This document shows, piece by piece, positions 26,520 to 37,685 of a stretch of 60,586 bases of DNA. The notes beneath the pieces are model-generated. The model was not told the DNA's origin. It made no database searches and saw nothing but the letters and a program-made list of their open reading frames with translations. Within the stretch, counting starts at the first letter, position 1; each line of letters opens with the position of its first letter. Location of the stretch: positions 57,170 to 117,755 of the forward strand of contig NW_027192228.1 in assembly GCF_041956535.1 (NCBI RefSeq). The letters run 5' to 3'. This stretch comes from Calcarisporiella thermophila CBS 279.70. Lineage: Eukaryota > Fungi > Calcarisporiellomycota. The position numbers and the translations under genes are program-made.

Positions 26520-27741
26520 ATGTCACTGCGTGGAAAAACTTTGTTCATCACTGGTGCCTCTCGGTAAGTCTCTTTTGGCCATGGTCAGATTCGCTATTTC
26601 CTGAATGGACAGTGAAATCTTGTAATTTAGTGGCATTGGCCTAGCCATTGCTCTTCGCGCTGCCCGCGACGGTGCCAACGTCGCCATTGCCGCGAAAACG
26701 ACCACCCCGCATCCAAAAGTAGTGTTGCATTCAAATGCTCGCGTTCATTTATATCATGCTTAATAATTTGCTGTTTTAGCTCCCAGGAACTATATACACT
26801 GCTGCCGACGAGATAAAAAAAGCTGGAGGGAATGCTCTGCCCGTTGTATGCGACATTCGTGACGAAGACCAGGTAATCTTATATTTTCCTTTCTTTCTTC
26901 CTTTTGCTCTCTCTATTCATTTCATTCTCCACCTTAATGCCCTGCTTACGAATATAATAGGTGAAAAGCGCCATCCAGCAAACTGTGGATAAATTCGGCG
27001 GCATTGATATTGTAGTGAATAATGCTAGCGCCATTTCGTTGACCAATACGCAGAACACGACTTTTAAGAAGTATAATTTGATGAATGAAGTCAATGCGCG
27101 CGGTACTTGGCTTGTATCCAAGGTAACTAGCTAATTTCAACTACAGCTATAGATCGGAATTTACCACCCCCCTCCCACTTACGCAAATAGTATGCGATCC
27201 CGCACTTGATTAAATCCAAAAATCCTCATATCCTTATGATTTCGCCTCCACCCTCGATGAGTCAAGTCTGGTTCCGCAATCACGTTGCTTACACCATTGC
27301 AAAGGTAGGCTTCATACATATCCCTTTACGCAGCCATCCCCTTCAGAGACTATACGATATTAGATGGGCATGAGCATGTGTGTCCTTGGTCTTTCAGGCG
27401 AGCTGGAAGAGTATGGCGTTGGCGTTAACGCCCTCTGGCCGCTCACCATGATCGATACTGCTGCCTTGCAAATCCTTGGCGAAAAACTGAATGAGCGCTC
27501 TCGCACCCCCGAGATCATGGCGGACGCTGCCTATGCCGTTTTCATCAAGAATGGTCGTGAATTCAACGGAAATTTCCTGGTGGACGAGGTGTTCTTGCGC
27601 GAGGAAGGCGTCACTGACTTTGAGAAGTACGCCAGCGTTCCCGGAAGCAAGGAAATTGATCTGGACCTCTTCGTGGGGCCCGAGATCCTCGACAAGGTTG
27701 AGGAGCTGCGACAGAAACAGGGGACGAAGTCGAAGCTTTAA
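26520..27741 (+). CDS. HSDL2-like short-chain dehydrogenase, peroxisomal (PTS1 SKL), no SCP2 domain
   Basis: MSLRGKTLFITGASRGIGLAIALRAARDGANVAIAAKTTTPHPKLPGTI, VNNASAI, catalytic YTIAK, VNALWP, and C-terminal SKL. Five introns. Confidence 0.9.
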
Positions 27742-27934
27742 GGATTCTAGTTTTGTAAATGATTTTCCTGTTTGTCTGATTATTTCCTCTCCATTTTTCT
27801 CCCATTGCTGCAATGCTTTTTGACGAGGAGGCCATCCGAGTAGTGTTTGTGTTCTTGTTTTCTGTCATCGCTAGGCCGATCACTGTTATTTTAGGATTTT
27901 CGAAATGAAATATTTTATTGACAGCTTGCTTGGA

Positions 27935-30895
27935 CTATTCTATGACTATTGGATCATTATATAAACGAGCAAAACGTCCTAATGCCATCAGTGTGAATGC
28001 AAACTTATAGTTGGGATAGCTGATGGTGCAAGTGTGGTTGAAGACGCCCTCCACCGCCTCCTGTTTGAATTCTCCATTCGGCTGCTGTCGCGTCATCAGC
28101 AGCCGGATGCCGCGCCGTATGGGGGCCTCGTCCGGGTATCTTGCAGCCATCAGGGCAAGGACGGCCCACGATGTGTTGACGACCTGTGCCGATTCCAGCT
28201 GATGATACACCTCGGTCTCGCAGGATTTGTAAGATTCGCCCCAGCCTCCGTCGGGGAGCTGTTTGCTCAGCAGGAACTCGCACCCTTTTTTCGAACACTC
28301 GCTAGTAGTAGAACGGGAAGCAGAGGTGCCAAGCTGGGTCAGCACAAACCCCATCCAAACAAGAGGGAGCCGACATGGTCCCCCCCCCCCCCACCAAAAA
28401 AAATATCATCCCAATTACCTGTTGTCATAGTATTCCCCGATGCTAGACAAAGCCTCCAAAGCACACCACGTACCATAGGTGAAACAAATGGCCCAACTTC
28501 CGTACCAGCTCCCATCGGGATTTTGCCGTCTCTTGACAAAACGGAAAGCATTCTCACAACAGCGCCTATTGGAATGCCGTTAGGGACTCACAGGCGACAC
28601 TTTTAGTTCCCCCACAAGTCGCAATTACCTTATCTCCATGGCGCGATAATCCGGATAGAATTTGGAAAACGCTTTAAGGGCGAGCAATATCGCCGTGGTG
28701 CATTCTGTATAGCTATACTCGACCATAATCTTACCGAACAGCTCAGCGGGATTAAGGAGCTCAAGCCAGGCTGGCCCGCGTATTTCTTCGTAAGTCGAGT
28801 AGCCGCCATCGCCGTTTTGCACGGAGAGTAGGATATCCACCGCTTGACACAGGCGCTCCTTGGATACTTTCTGAGTGATAAAGCTAACTCAATGGGGGTG
28901 GGAATAAGCAAACATGTCATCCATTTCAGGAGGTACATCATGAAGGTGTACCTGTATGTGTTCAAGTAGAGCACGGTTTTCATCGCCTCGGCAGTACAGT
29001 CCGAGACCATGTAGCCCTGCTCGCTTGTGCTAAACGGCCATGCTCCTATCGCAGGGCGGTGAAAGGTGTATTTATGGTGGGGAGTTTCACATTTGATTTG
29101 GGTATAGTCTAGGAAGTTGTAAGCCTTCAAGAAAACCGAGTGGTTCTTTGGATCCTTGGCCAGGCCTTTCGGGTCGGGAAATGAAACGAGGTGAGGTGAG
29201 TAGGTCCAGAAGAAAGTGGAGGAGGAAATATCACACCAACCTGCTTCGAGGGCGCCCTGCAGAATGAACGCAGTATCCCAGAGCTGCGAGCCATTGTTCC
29301 CGCTCATCATCATACCTTTAGGTCCGAGCCTTGGCAAACAGCAAGGAGGGGTCAGTCAGTTTGGAGGGACTTGTGGATAGGGAGAGGGACAAACCAGAGG
29401 AAGTCTCGATTCCGTATGAGGTGACACTTGAACGCCGCCGAGTCGGGCCCATCGACGAAAAACCGAATGACCATGTGCATCACCTTGTTAACCTGTCAGA
29501 GAGGGAATCGGATTAGAGTCTCAGCTCTCAAACGGATCAAGAGAAGCACCCCCTCTAACCGCAACCTACGGGTCCAATGTTCAGATAGGAAGTGTCCTCG
29601 TCCTCTAAACAAATGCATTTGTACACCTTGTCCAATGCCCGTTTTCGAAGAAACGAGTTGGGAAGGTTCTCGTAGAGATTCAGCGCAGCTATCAGCACCA
29701 CATTAGCGAATTGCCAAGGCATTTTTTTTCTCCCTTAGAGAATATGTTCCATGCAGCACTCACCGTGGGCAATATTCAATAGAGTTGAGTGCGGGGTATA
29801 TTCGTCTGCTTTACAAATATTGTTGCGATGAGCTGGCCAGTGAATCGTCTCGTACCGTTGAGTATAGAGTTCCTAATTCGGGACCATGCAATTCAACATC
29901 CAATAGAATAATCCATTCGCGGAAGCGCCGCATGCTCACCTCTCGGAGGGCATGTACTAATGGGGTTTCCTTTCCCACCAGTCTTCTTCCATAGATGTAC
30001 GACATTGGCAAGTAGATGGCTCGGGTATGAACCCAGAAATGCTTAGGATGAAGAGGCAATGTGTCGGGAACAAGCCAGAGTTCGGGCGGAACTGGATTCA
30101 TCCCCTCCCAGCCGTACACCCCTAAAAGCGAAAGCCAAAACTTGCCCCAGGAGGCGCACCCGGTGGCCCCTCCTAATCAGCACGAGGGGGCATTTAATGG
30201 CTGGTGGTGAAAATCCAAATGCAAGAGGATGGAAAGATACCTTGTTTATGCAGGTTTGCTCGGGCCTTTTCAAGGACCGGGTGGGTTGGCTCCAAGCCAA
30301 GAAGACGAAGGGCACAATAGTTGAGAGCGGTTCCGAACACGGTCGCTCTCCCGGTGGTATGTCTGCGAGAAAGAGAGAGGGAAGGAGAAAGGGTGTCAGT
30401 GCAAGAGAGGCGGCGCCGGGGGGGGCGCCTGCTCGACTGTCCTTACATTCCCCAACCGCCATCGGAGCGCGCGGTGTTGATAAGATATCTCTTCAGCTCT
30501 AGCTTCTCGGGCTCGGGGATAGGCGTCTCGCACACGTAGTATGAAATGACCAGCCCGGGAATAAGGAACTCCGGCCCTCCGTACTCGCCTGCCCAGTGGC
30601 CATCCTCCGTCTGGAGAAGCTTGACGAACTCAAAAGCGTTGCATGCAGCCTCCTGGGCGGTTCTCGGCCGCGACAGCTCCCTCGCCTCTTCCTAGAGTCG
30701 CGGGGCCCGTGGGCATTAATTCCTGGACGGACCCCATCGGGGCAGAAGGCCACAATAACGAGGCTCACTTACTATGGGGAGGCCGATATGGTATTTCTCG
30801 CACGTCGTCTGCGGGCCGCTGTCTGAGTAGCACCACACCTGGGCCCCGTGCTTCACCTGAAGCCTCCAGCGACGAAGTTCGGTGAAGGTCTGCAT
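27935..30895 (-). CDS. ERG7: Oxidosqualene cyclase (lanosterol synthase/ERG7-like), about 12 exons
   Basis: Start [21 protein letters not shown]. Motifs [36 protein letters not shown] repeats ([34 protein letters not shown]) and [11 protein letters not shown]. Confidence 0.9.
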
Positions 30896-32293
30896 ACTTT
30901 CGCGGGGGGAGAGCAGGTCTAGCGGAAAAAAAGAGCCCGTTCGGACGTCGCAGTAGGAAAAAAAAAAATCCCGCCCTTTTAACTGACTCTGGCGGGGAGT
31001 GGCCTAGTGACAATATATTTTTCGACCAAAGCCAGAGGGAGGCCAGTCACGGATTTTATTTCGCACCTAAGAAACAAAATCCCCTTGCGTGCATGGGTGG
31101 GGGGTTGCATGATGCCTCTCGCCTCATTCCACCCCCGGCCAATGCTGGGAAATCCGGACCCGGCTTGCACGGCCAATCTTGCTCGAATTTCTCCAGCGCG
31201 GCTGCCGCGCAAGGCCGCAGGAATGGAATGTGAAAGCACCCGCCCCGCAGATAAGGAAATTCCCCATCCTCCGCCGCCCCCTCCCAGCCTGTGTATGGCG
31301 GCTGGCCTCGTCCTGGAGCCCCCGGCCGGCCCTTGGGTGCATGGACAGTCTAGCATTTGTCGTCACTGAGGACAGCCCCTGAAACCGACTTCATCTTCGA
31401 GCAGCCCGCAGCGCTATCATGCCCCTCCACGTCATCGTCACCCTAGCGAGAATGCGATCTGAGACGGCCTATTTTGCCTTGGGGCTTGCGACCGCCTCAT
31501 GGGGAGAAATACAGGCAATGGCGATGGACTTGGCAGGCTGCACGCATTCTCCGGCACTGAAACATACAAATCTTCCCGCCAACGCTTTTCCTCACCGTCA
31601 CATCACTTTGTTTAACCACCCTCCCGACTCAGGCTTGCTCCCATCCTATGGTGGCCGGGCCCTCATCCTGCTCTAAGGGCATGGCGCATCTTCCAACTTC
31701 GGCCCTCCCCACTTCGGAGCCCAACCCCCCCCTTCCCCCAAAATGGCGATTTTGTCCAAGCGTGCTGCTCTCCCGGGACTTTTTGGCAACCCACCTCCAA
31801 TTTGCCACGCTGGTGGGTGACGCGCGTTCCGGAAACAGGCCCAAATTTCATCGTGCCAAATCTCATCACTGCGCCACCCATTACGATCGAAGAGCCCACC
31901 TCTTACCTTCGCCTCCAGCGATCCGGTGCAGCATACGGGCCCAAAACAGAAAGGGAATCTGTGTTGAGGGTGGGTCCAAGTTCAAACCGCCCCTCCCTCG
32001 GGAATAAATAAATTTCCTTATTAGGCAGCCATGTTTGGAATGGCATGGCAGTTTAGGAGAAGGCTTGTCAGGTCCTATCCGGATTTTACATAAAAGCGTC
32101 GATTCTAGTCTCCCTTGAGAGGTAGCGAAACGAAGAAAATTAGCACTCTTTTTATTTTGGAAGAAAAACACTTGACAGCAATAATAATAATCATAATAAT
32201 AATAAAAATTAAAAAAAATGAATAAAATTATACATTACAAAAAAAAAAGAGACAAAAAAGTTAAAAGGCGTAGATATTGTTTTCCAGTGGCTC

Positions 32294-35200
32294 TCAGAGC
32301 CAGGGCATCCAAGTGCACTCCATCAGGGACAAATTCTTGACGTTGGTTGCCTGGCCCACGAGCTCAAGCAATGATTGGTTGCAGGGGGTCGCGGAATTCA
32401 GGCCCTTCTCCCGATCCGTCTTGCACGAGAGCAGCTGGGCCCGTCTCAGCACGAGGTTGACATTCTCTGTGACCTTCTCGCGCATGTTGATCTCGAACTG
32501 CTGGGGCTGGCGCTGGATATGTTGCCACGTCACGAGATCGTCGCGCACAAAGACGGTGAGAAATTGGTCGAGCTCAAACTCGGGCTCCGTAAGGCAGCGT
32601 GCAATGGCCATCAGCGACGACGCAAAGAGCCCCTCCACCCCCACCGGCGTCACAAACTCCTGCAGGTTGGGGGTAAGTCGGAAGGGGACCGCCTCCGGAT
32701 TGTGGAACAGTGGGCCGTTGGCATTGGCGTTAGGCGACCAAACTATATTTCAACACAAGGAAAAAGGAAAGACAGATTGGAGCGATTAAGTACTTGGCAA
32801 GTGCCACTCTGTCAAGCGCAAAGCACTTACTCGGCAACAGCTCGCTCATCCACAAGTTGCCTGTGCTACGAGAGATGTTGACCTTGGTCGGTAGGCGATG
32901 CCCAATGCACATGATATACGTCATGAAGGTAGCCGACGCAAGCTGGGTCGTGAACTGCCGGCGCGCCATCCAGTAGTCGGTGTAGGATTTCATGGTTCTC
33001 CACATGAACTGCAGCGCAGGAAGAGGTCAGTACGTTGATACAAAGGGTATCGAAGGGGAGCTAAGCAAGGAAACTTACCGTGGAGAGCAGATTATTGGGC
33101 ACCATACGCGAGGATATCTCGTCAAAGATCTCTTGCTTCAAGTTGGCATTTTCGGATTTCTAAGGAGGAAAACGGAGGGGTCAGAGCGAGTGGGGAACTC
33201 GGGGGAGGCGAGTGGATAATGGAAAAGGTAACTTACCGTCTTTTTGTGGTCCATGCTGGCGCGCACCATATCTATATAGGTTTGCACGCAATCATCCCGG
33301 TGCATCCCCACCCTCTCGCAGTGATCCTCATACACATCCTGTAGGGTGCAGCTTGATGGGTCGTCCTCCACGATGCGAATATGCGGAGCTAACGGCACAA
33401 TCACCGGGAGGGTGAATGACAAATTCCGCATCCGGCTCTCCTTGCGCCGCTCGAGCACATTGTTCAAAATGCGGAAAAATTGCACAATTCTCTCCTCGCG
33501 TCGACCTTGTCGCGCTGCCGGGTTCTGGACCGCAAACGGATGCAGACTCCCGTCGTGGCCACGGATGGTGATGCGGCGATAGCAGCTGCCATGGGCACGG
33601 ATGAGCTCTACGTCGGGCAGGAACCGGTCGATGCGCACGAAATCGTTGTTGGAATCACGCAACAGGAGATACTGGCCGGGTATCTCGACGTCATCGAATT
33701 TCTGGTGTTGGAACTCGACGAGATAGTGACTGCAATGCTCCAAATTGATGCGACGCGGTTTGCTGTCGAGAATAGCTTCAAACCGGTCTCTCCAGGCACG
33801 CAGTCGCTCCACGTATTCAATCAAACTCGGCTTCGAATGAATCAGGTCAGCCTCGAACGCCTGCCTCATGGGGCCGGGGTAGAGGTTTTGTGAAAATCGC
33901 TGGATGTTATTCTCCACGTTGGGGGGAAGCTGGCCTTTGTCGCTGATGATGTGCAGGCGGTTTAGCAGGTTCGTCAACCCGTCATTAAGAAGGGCCGCGA
34001 TCAAGCGGTACATATCATCATTAGGGGTGGGTTTGAGACGTTGCTGGATCTGGTCCACCATCGACTCCATGGAGAGAGCAAGAAGTGGATAGGCGGTCTT
34101 CAAAATGGCCATGAGATCATCTGCATGCTCCCAAGGCTGCCTGTTCTGAGCCGTGGCCTGTTGCCCAGAAGGAGCGGACTGCGTGGAGGATTGCATGGGC
34201 GACGGCTGTTCACCGGTACCACTAGGACGCGAACCTTGGGATTGGTTCGTGGTCATTCTTGGTGTTGTTTGCTGCTGTGACTGAGTCTGCTGCTGCTGTT
34301 GTGGTGACATGTTCTGCCCTGGTGATTGAGGTGGGATGGCGGGCGACTTTTGCCCACCAGCCGCTGGAGTTGGGGCTTGCACGGGCGAGATGGCAGGTGT
34401 AGATTGCTGCATGGACGAATTTTGACCAGGCGTCACAGGGGTGGCAGGGGCTGGAGTGCCGGGCTGACTTGCGTGAGCTCCGGACTCCGGATTCTGCTGT
34501 GACGAGGGGCCGTGTTCATTAGCCTTATCTGATGCATCGTTAGCGTTGTTGACGCCGGGTGTAGTAGAGGAAGGGGCAGGTGTGGTCGCGCTGGCTGGAG
34601 CTGGGGTGGATGGCTCCGAGGTTTCCTGTGGTTGACCATTGGCTTTTCCGTCAGCAGCGGGCTGAGTTTGTTCGGTTGGAGTAGCCTGTGCCGGTGACGC
34701 CGAGGGTGCGGCTGGTGTAGAGCCTGATGAGGATGCACTCACCGGCGGGGGCATCGACCCGGTCACCTGTCGACGAAGCAGAACATAGTCCTCCTTCATG
34801 GTTCGCAGCTGGAAGTATAGAGCCTATGGTCACGGTAATTCGTGGTTAGCACAAAACCTCCCCAACATCAAAATCAAAGAAATTCCCACCTGTGGATATT
34901 GTTTCGCAATCTTGAATAGGATTTGACGCACATATCGAGCCTCCTTATATTGTAGCGATGTCAGCATTTGAGGGATAAATGTGATCCAATACCAAGTGGG
35001 CATCTCTCCACGATACGCTTCGAATGCCCGGGAGATAGTGCCTTGCTGATCGTCGAGACTAAGGAGCCATAAGATACGAACCAGATATTTGCGTGATTTC
35101 CCATTTTTGTAGATACCAGCCGCCTGCAAGTAGCAGCTCACCGAGTTGTTTGCGTACGACAACTCAGTCGGCTTCTCCTTGAACAACCGGTCATGATATT

Positions 35201-37653
35201 GGCCCCAAGCAGCCCACGCTTTCGGTAAAGTTAGATCGAACTGCACCGCGCTGGAAAAAGCCGAATTGGCATCCTCATTTAGCCCGAGTTTAGCAAGAAA
35301 CATGCCCTTGAGCGTGAAGAACTCGGCCTTTTGTGAGTTGGTAAAGTAGTTGAGATTTGTGTTGTTGATGACGTCAAGACCCGTCTGCAATTCAGCAGGG
35401 CTGTTGCATTGGAAATGGCACTTGGCATGCTCGCGCAGCTTAAGGAAAGCCTCTTGGATCTCGATGTTCGGCAGGGTATAAATCTTGGAGAGCTGGGTAT
35501 TACAAACATCAAAGAGTTGATGCTTACGAGCGACATGCGCAAACCGGTTAATGATCCACGCTGTTTCATGATATCCACGGTATGCAAATGTGTTGGAGAC
35601 ACCATTTCCCCCATGCTGAGGAAGCATTGGAATCAGCGATATATACGTCATATTGATCGCAGAGAATATATGCTGACGCCATGCCACCAGATCACTCCAA
35701 ACATTGATGTCGTCCCACATGTTTGGAAGCCGCTCACGCCATGTTTGCAGCGTGGCACGGAGATCATGTGATCGGGATTCGAGATTCTGAGCATTGGTGC
35801 CTGCAAGGCTTTGGAAGATATGGCTAGCTTCGTTAAGTTCCACGAATTGTTGGAATATCTGCAATAGGGGAACGTGGCTCTGTGAAATAATTTCGGGCAA
35901 CGAGTGCCAGCCACGTAGCGAGATCTGGATACCCTCCTCGCAGGTTTTCTGAAACTCGCTTAACCGATCTGCACCTCCACCCTGCTGGCTCTTGACGAGT
36001 GCCATAAAGGCTTCAAATACCTTGCGTCGAGGAGTAGGTGTATCAGCCAATGATTGGATAGATTGCTCAAGCTGTTCTCGTACTGCAGTCCAATCGTAGA
36101 GCCTCCAAGCACACTCCATAAGCAAGCTAGTGTTGTTATCATGTTTTGCTAGATCATTGAGAATATCCCACTGTTGTAGCTTCTGTGTACAAGAGATCCA
36201 GTGCTCCTCCCATAAACAATATTCCGGTTCAGTAAAGGAGAGCACACCAGAACGTGCTTTAACCTGCGCGTTTTCATACATCATTTGTGCAAGGTCCCAC
36301 GTACCAGCTTGCTCATATGCTACTGCTGCTACAGTCTCAGGATACCGTGATCTTCGCCGCCACAACCCACAGAACATGTCATCCTCAGACAATGTGAGAT
36401 ACAGGTCAGCAAGAGCATCTAGTGCACTCTCTAGGATTTTTTCGTCATCGTTCTCCAGCATTAAATCACTAACACGGCCATCTGGTATTTGGTTCTGCAG
36501 AATGTCGATAGCAATATGCCAGGCATTATACATCTTTCCAAGATATTTGATAAGATGTGGCGGTAACTTGATGGATGGTGAGCATCGAGCAATCCCTTCG
36601 AGTAAAGCTTGGATGACATTGGGGCGTGCATCCATTTGTTTATTGTGATAGTCCTTGGCTAGTAGAGGGATTAGGGATTTGGTTAAATCCGTGCGTTCGC
36701 GTGAATTAAGCGCAGCCCAATAGCGTGGAAATAGATCAACCCATGTACGATAGGCAACGTTCACGTCCAGATATTGTAGCTGTCGGAGTGGAGCGATTGC
36801 CTGCTCGGCCGAAGTTTGTTGTAAAGATCGGAGAAACTCTCTGTGTTGCTGGATCAGCTTGGACAACTCTTCCGATGGTTCCGAGTCGTTTCCCTCTTCC
36901 ATAGCTAGCGAGTTGATAGGAATTGTGGAGACTCCCACTATCGACACTGCCTTGGTATTCAAGTTTTCGGGACCAGGTGTAAGAGGGTTAGTTGTCACAA
37001 CTGAGCCTAGTAATATGTCCAGTGCCCGTTGTATCCAGAAATTTGAGCCTAGGTATTCCCAATTTTGTACGCCTATAACGTGGCTAAGTCGCGCGAAAAG
37101 ACTGCGTCCAACAGATTCATCTAATATCCGGCAGAACTTGTTGCGCATCAATGGGTTTTCATTGCGTGTGCCCATCATAAAGGCCTGTTCAAGTCGCACC
37201 GTAAGCTCGGAGCGTGCAAAAGCACTTTCAGTGTATATACGGATGACCAGCGCGAGATAATCCTCCAGCAGCTGTTTATCTCCGCGATTCTCAAAGCACA
37301 TCATTTTCACCATCAATCCAGCCTTCTCCTTGATGGTTGGAAAAGTTTCTGTTTTCCCAGTGATCCAATCCCGGACCATGTCAAGAATCGCACGCGCAAG
37401 TTCAATGTCAGATGACTTTTCAATTAGCGACACCATGGCACTCAAATACCAACGTCGCTGATCACCCAAGTGGGAAATGCGAAGCTTAACTAGTCGTAGT
37501 GTCATTATCAAAAGTTGAAGCGGCGAATCTGGGTTATCATTGCCAGACGTGGCTGTAGAAGATTGTTGTGAGGTCTGTGGCGTTTGTTGTCCCTGTGGAG
37601 TTTGTTGAGATTGCGATTGCTGCAGCGGTTGCTGTGATTGCTGCTGTTGCTGT

Positions 37654-37685
<32 letters not shown>

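Noticed and set aside
30175-30240. OSC intron starting GTATCTTT as a U12-type intron
   Set aside because: The donor is not GTATCCTT and there is no TCCTTAAC branch site.
32794-33005. Missing kinase catalytic residues in the PIKK domain
   Set aside because: Expected, since Tra1/TRRAP is a known pseudokinase.
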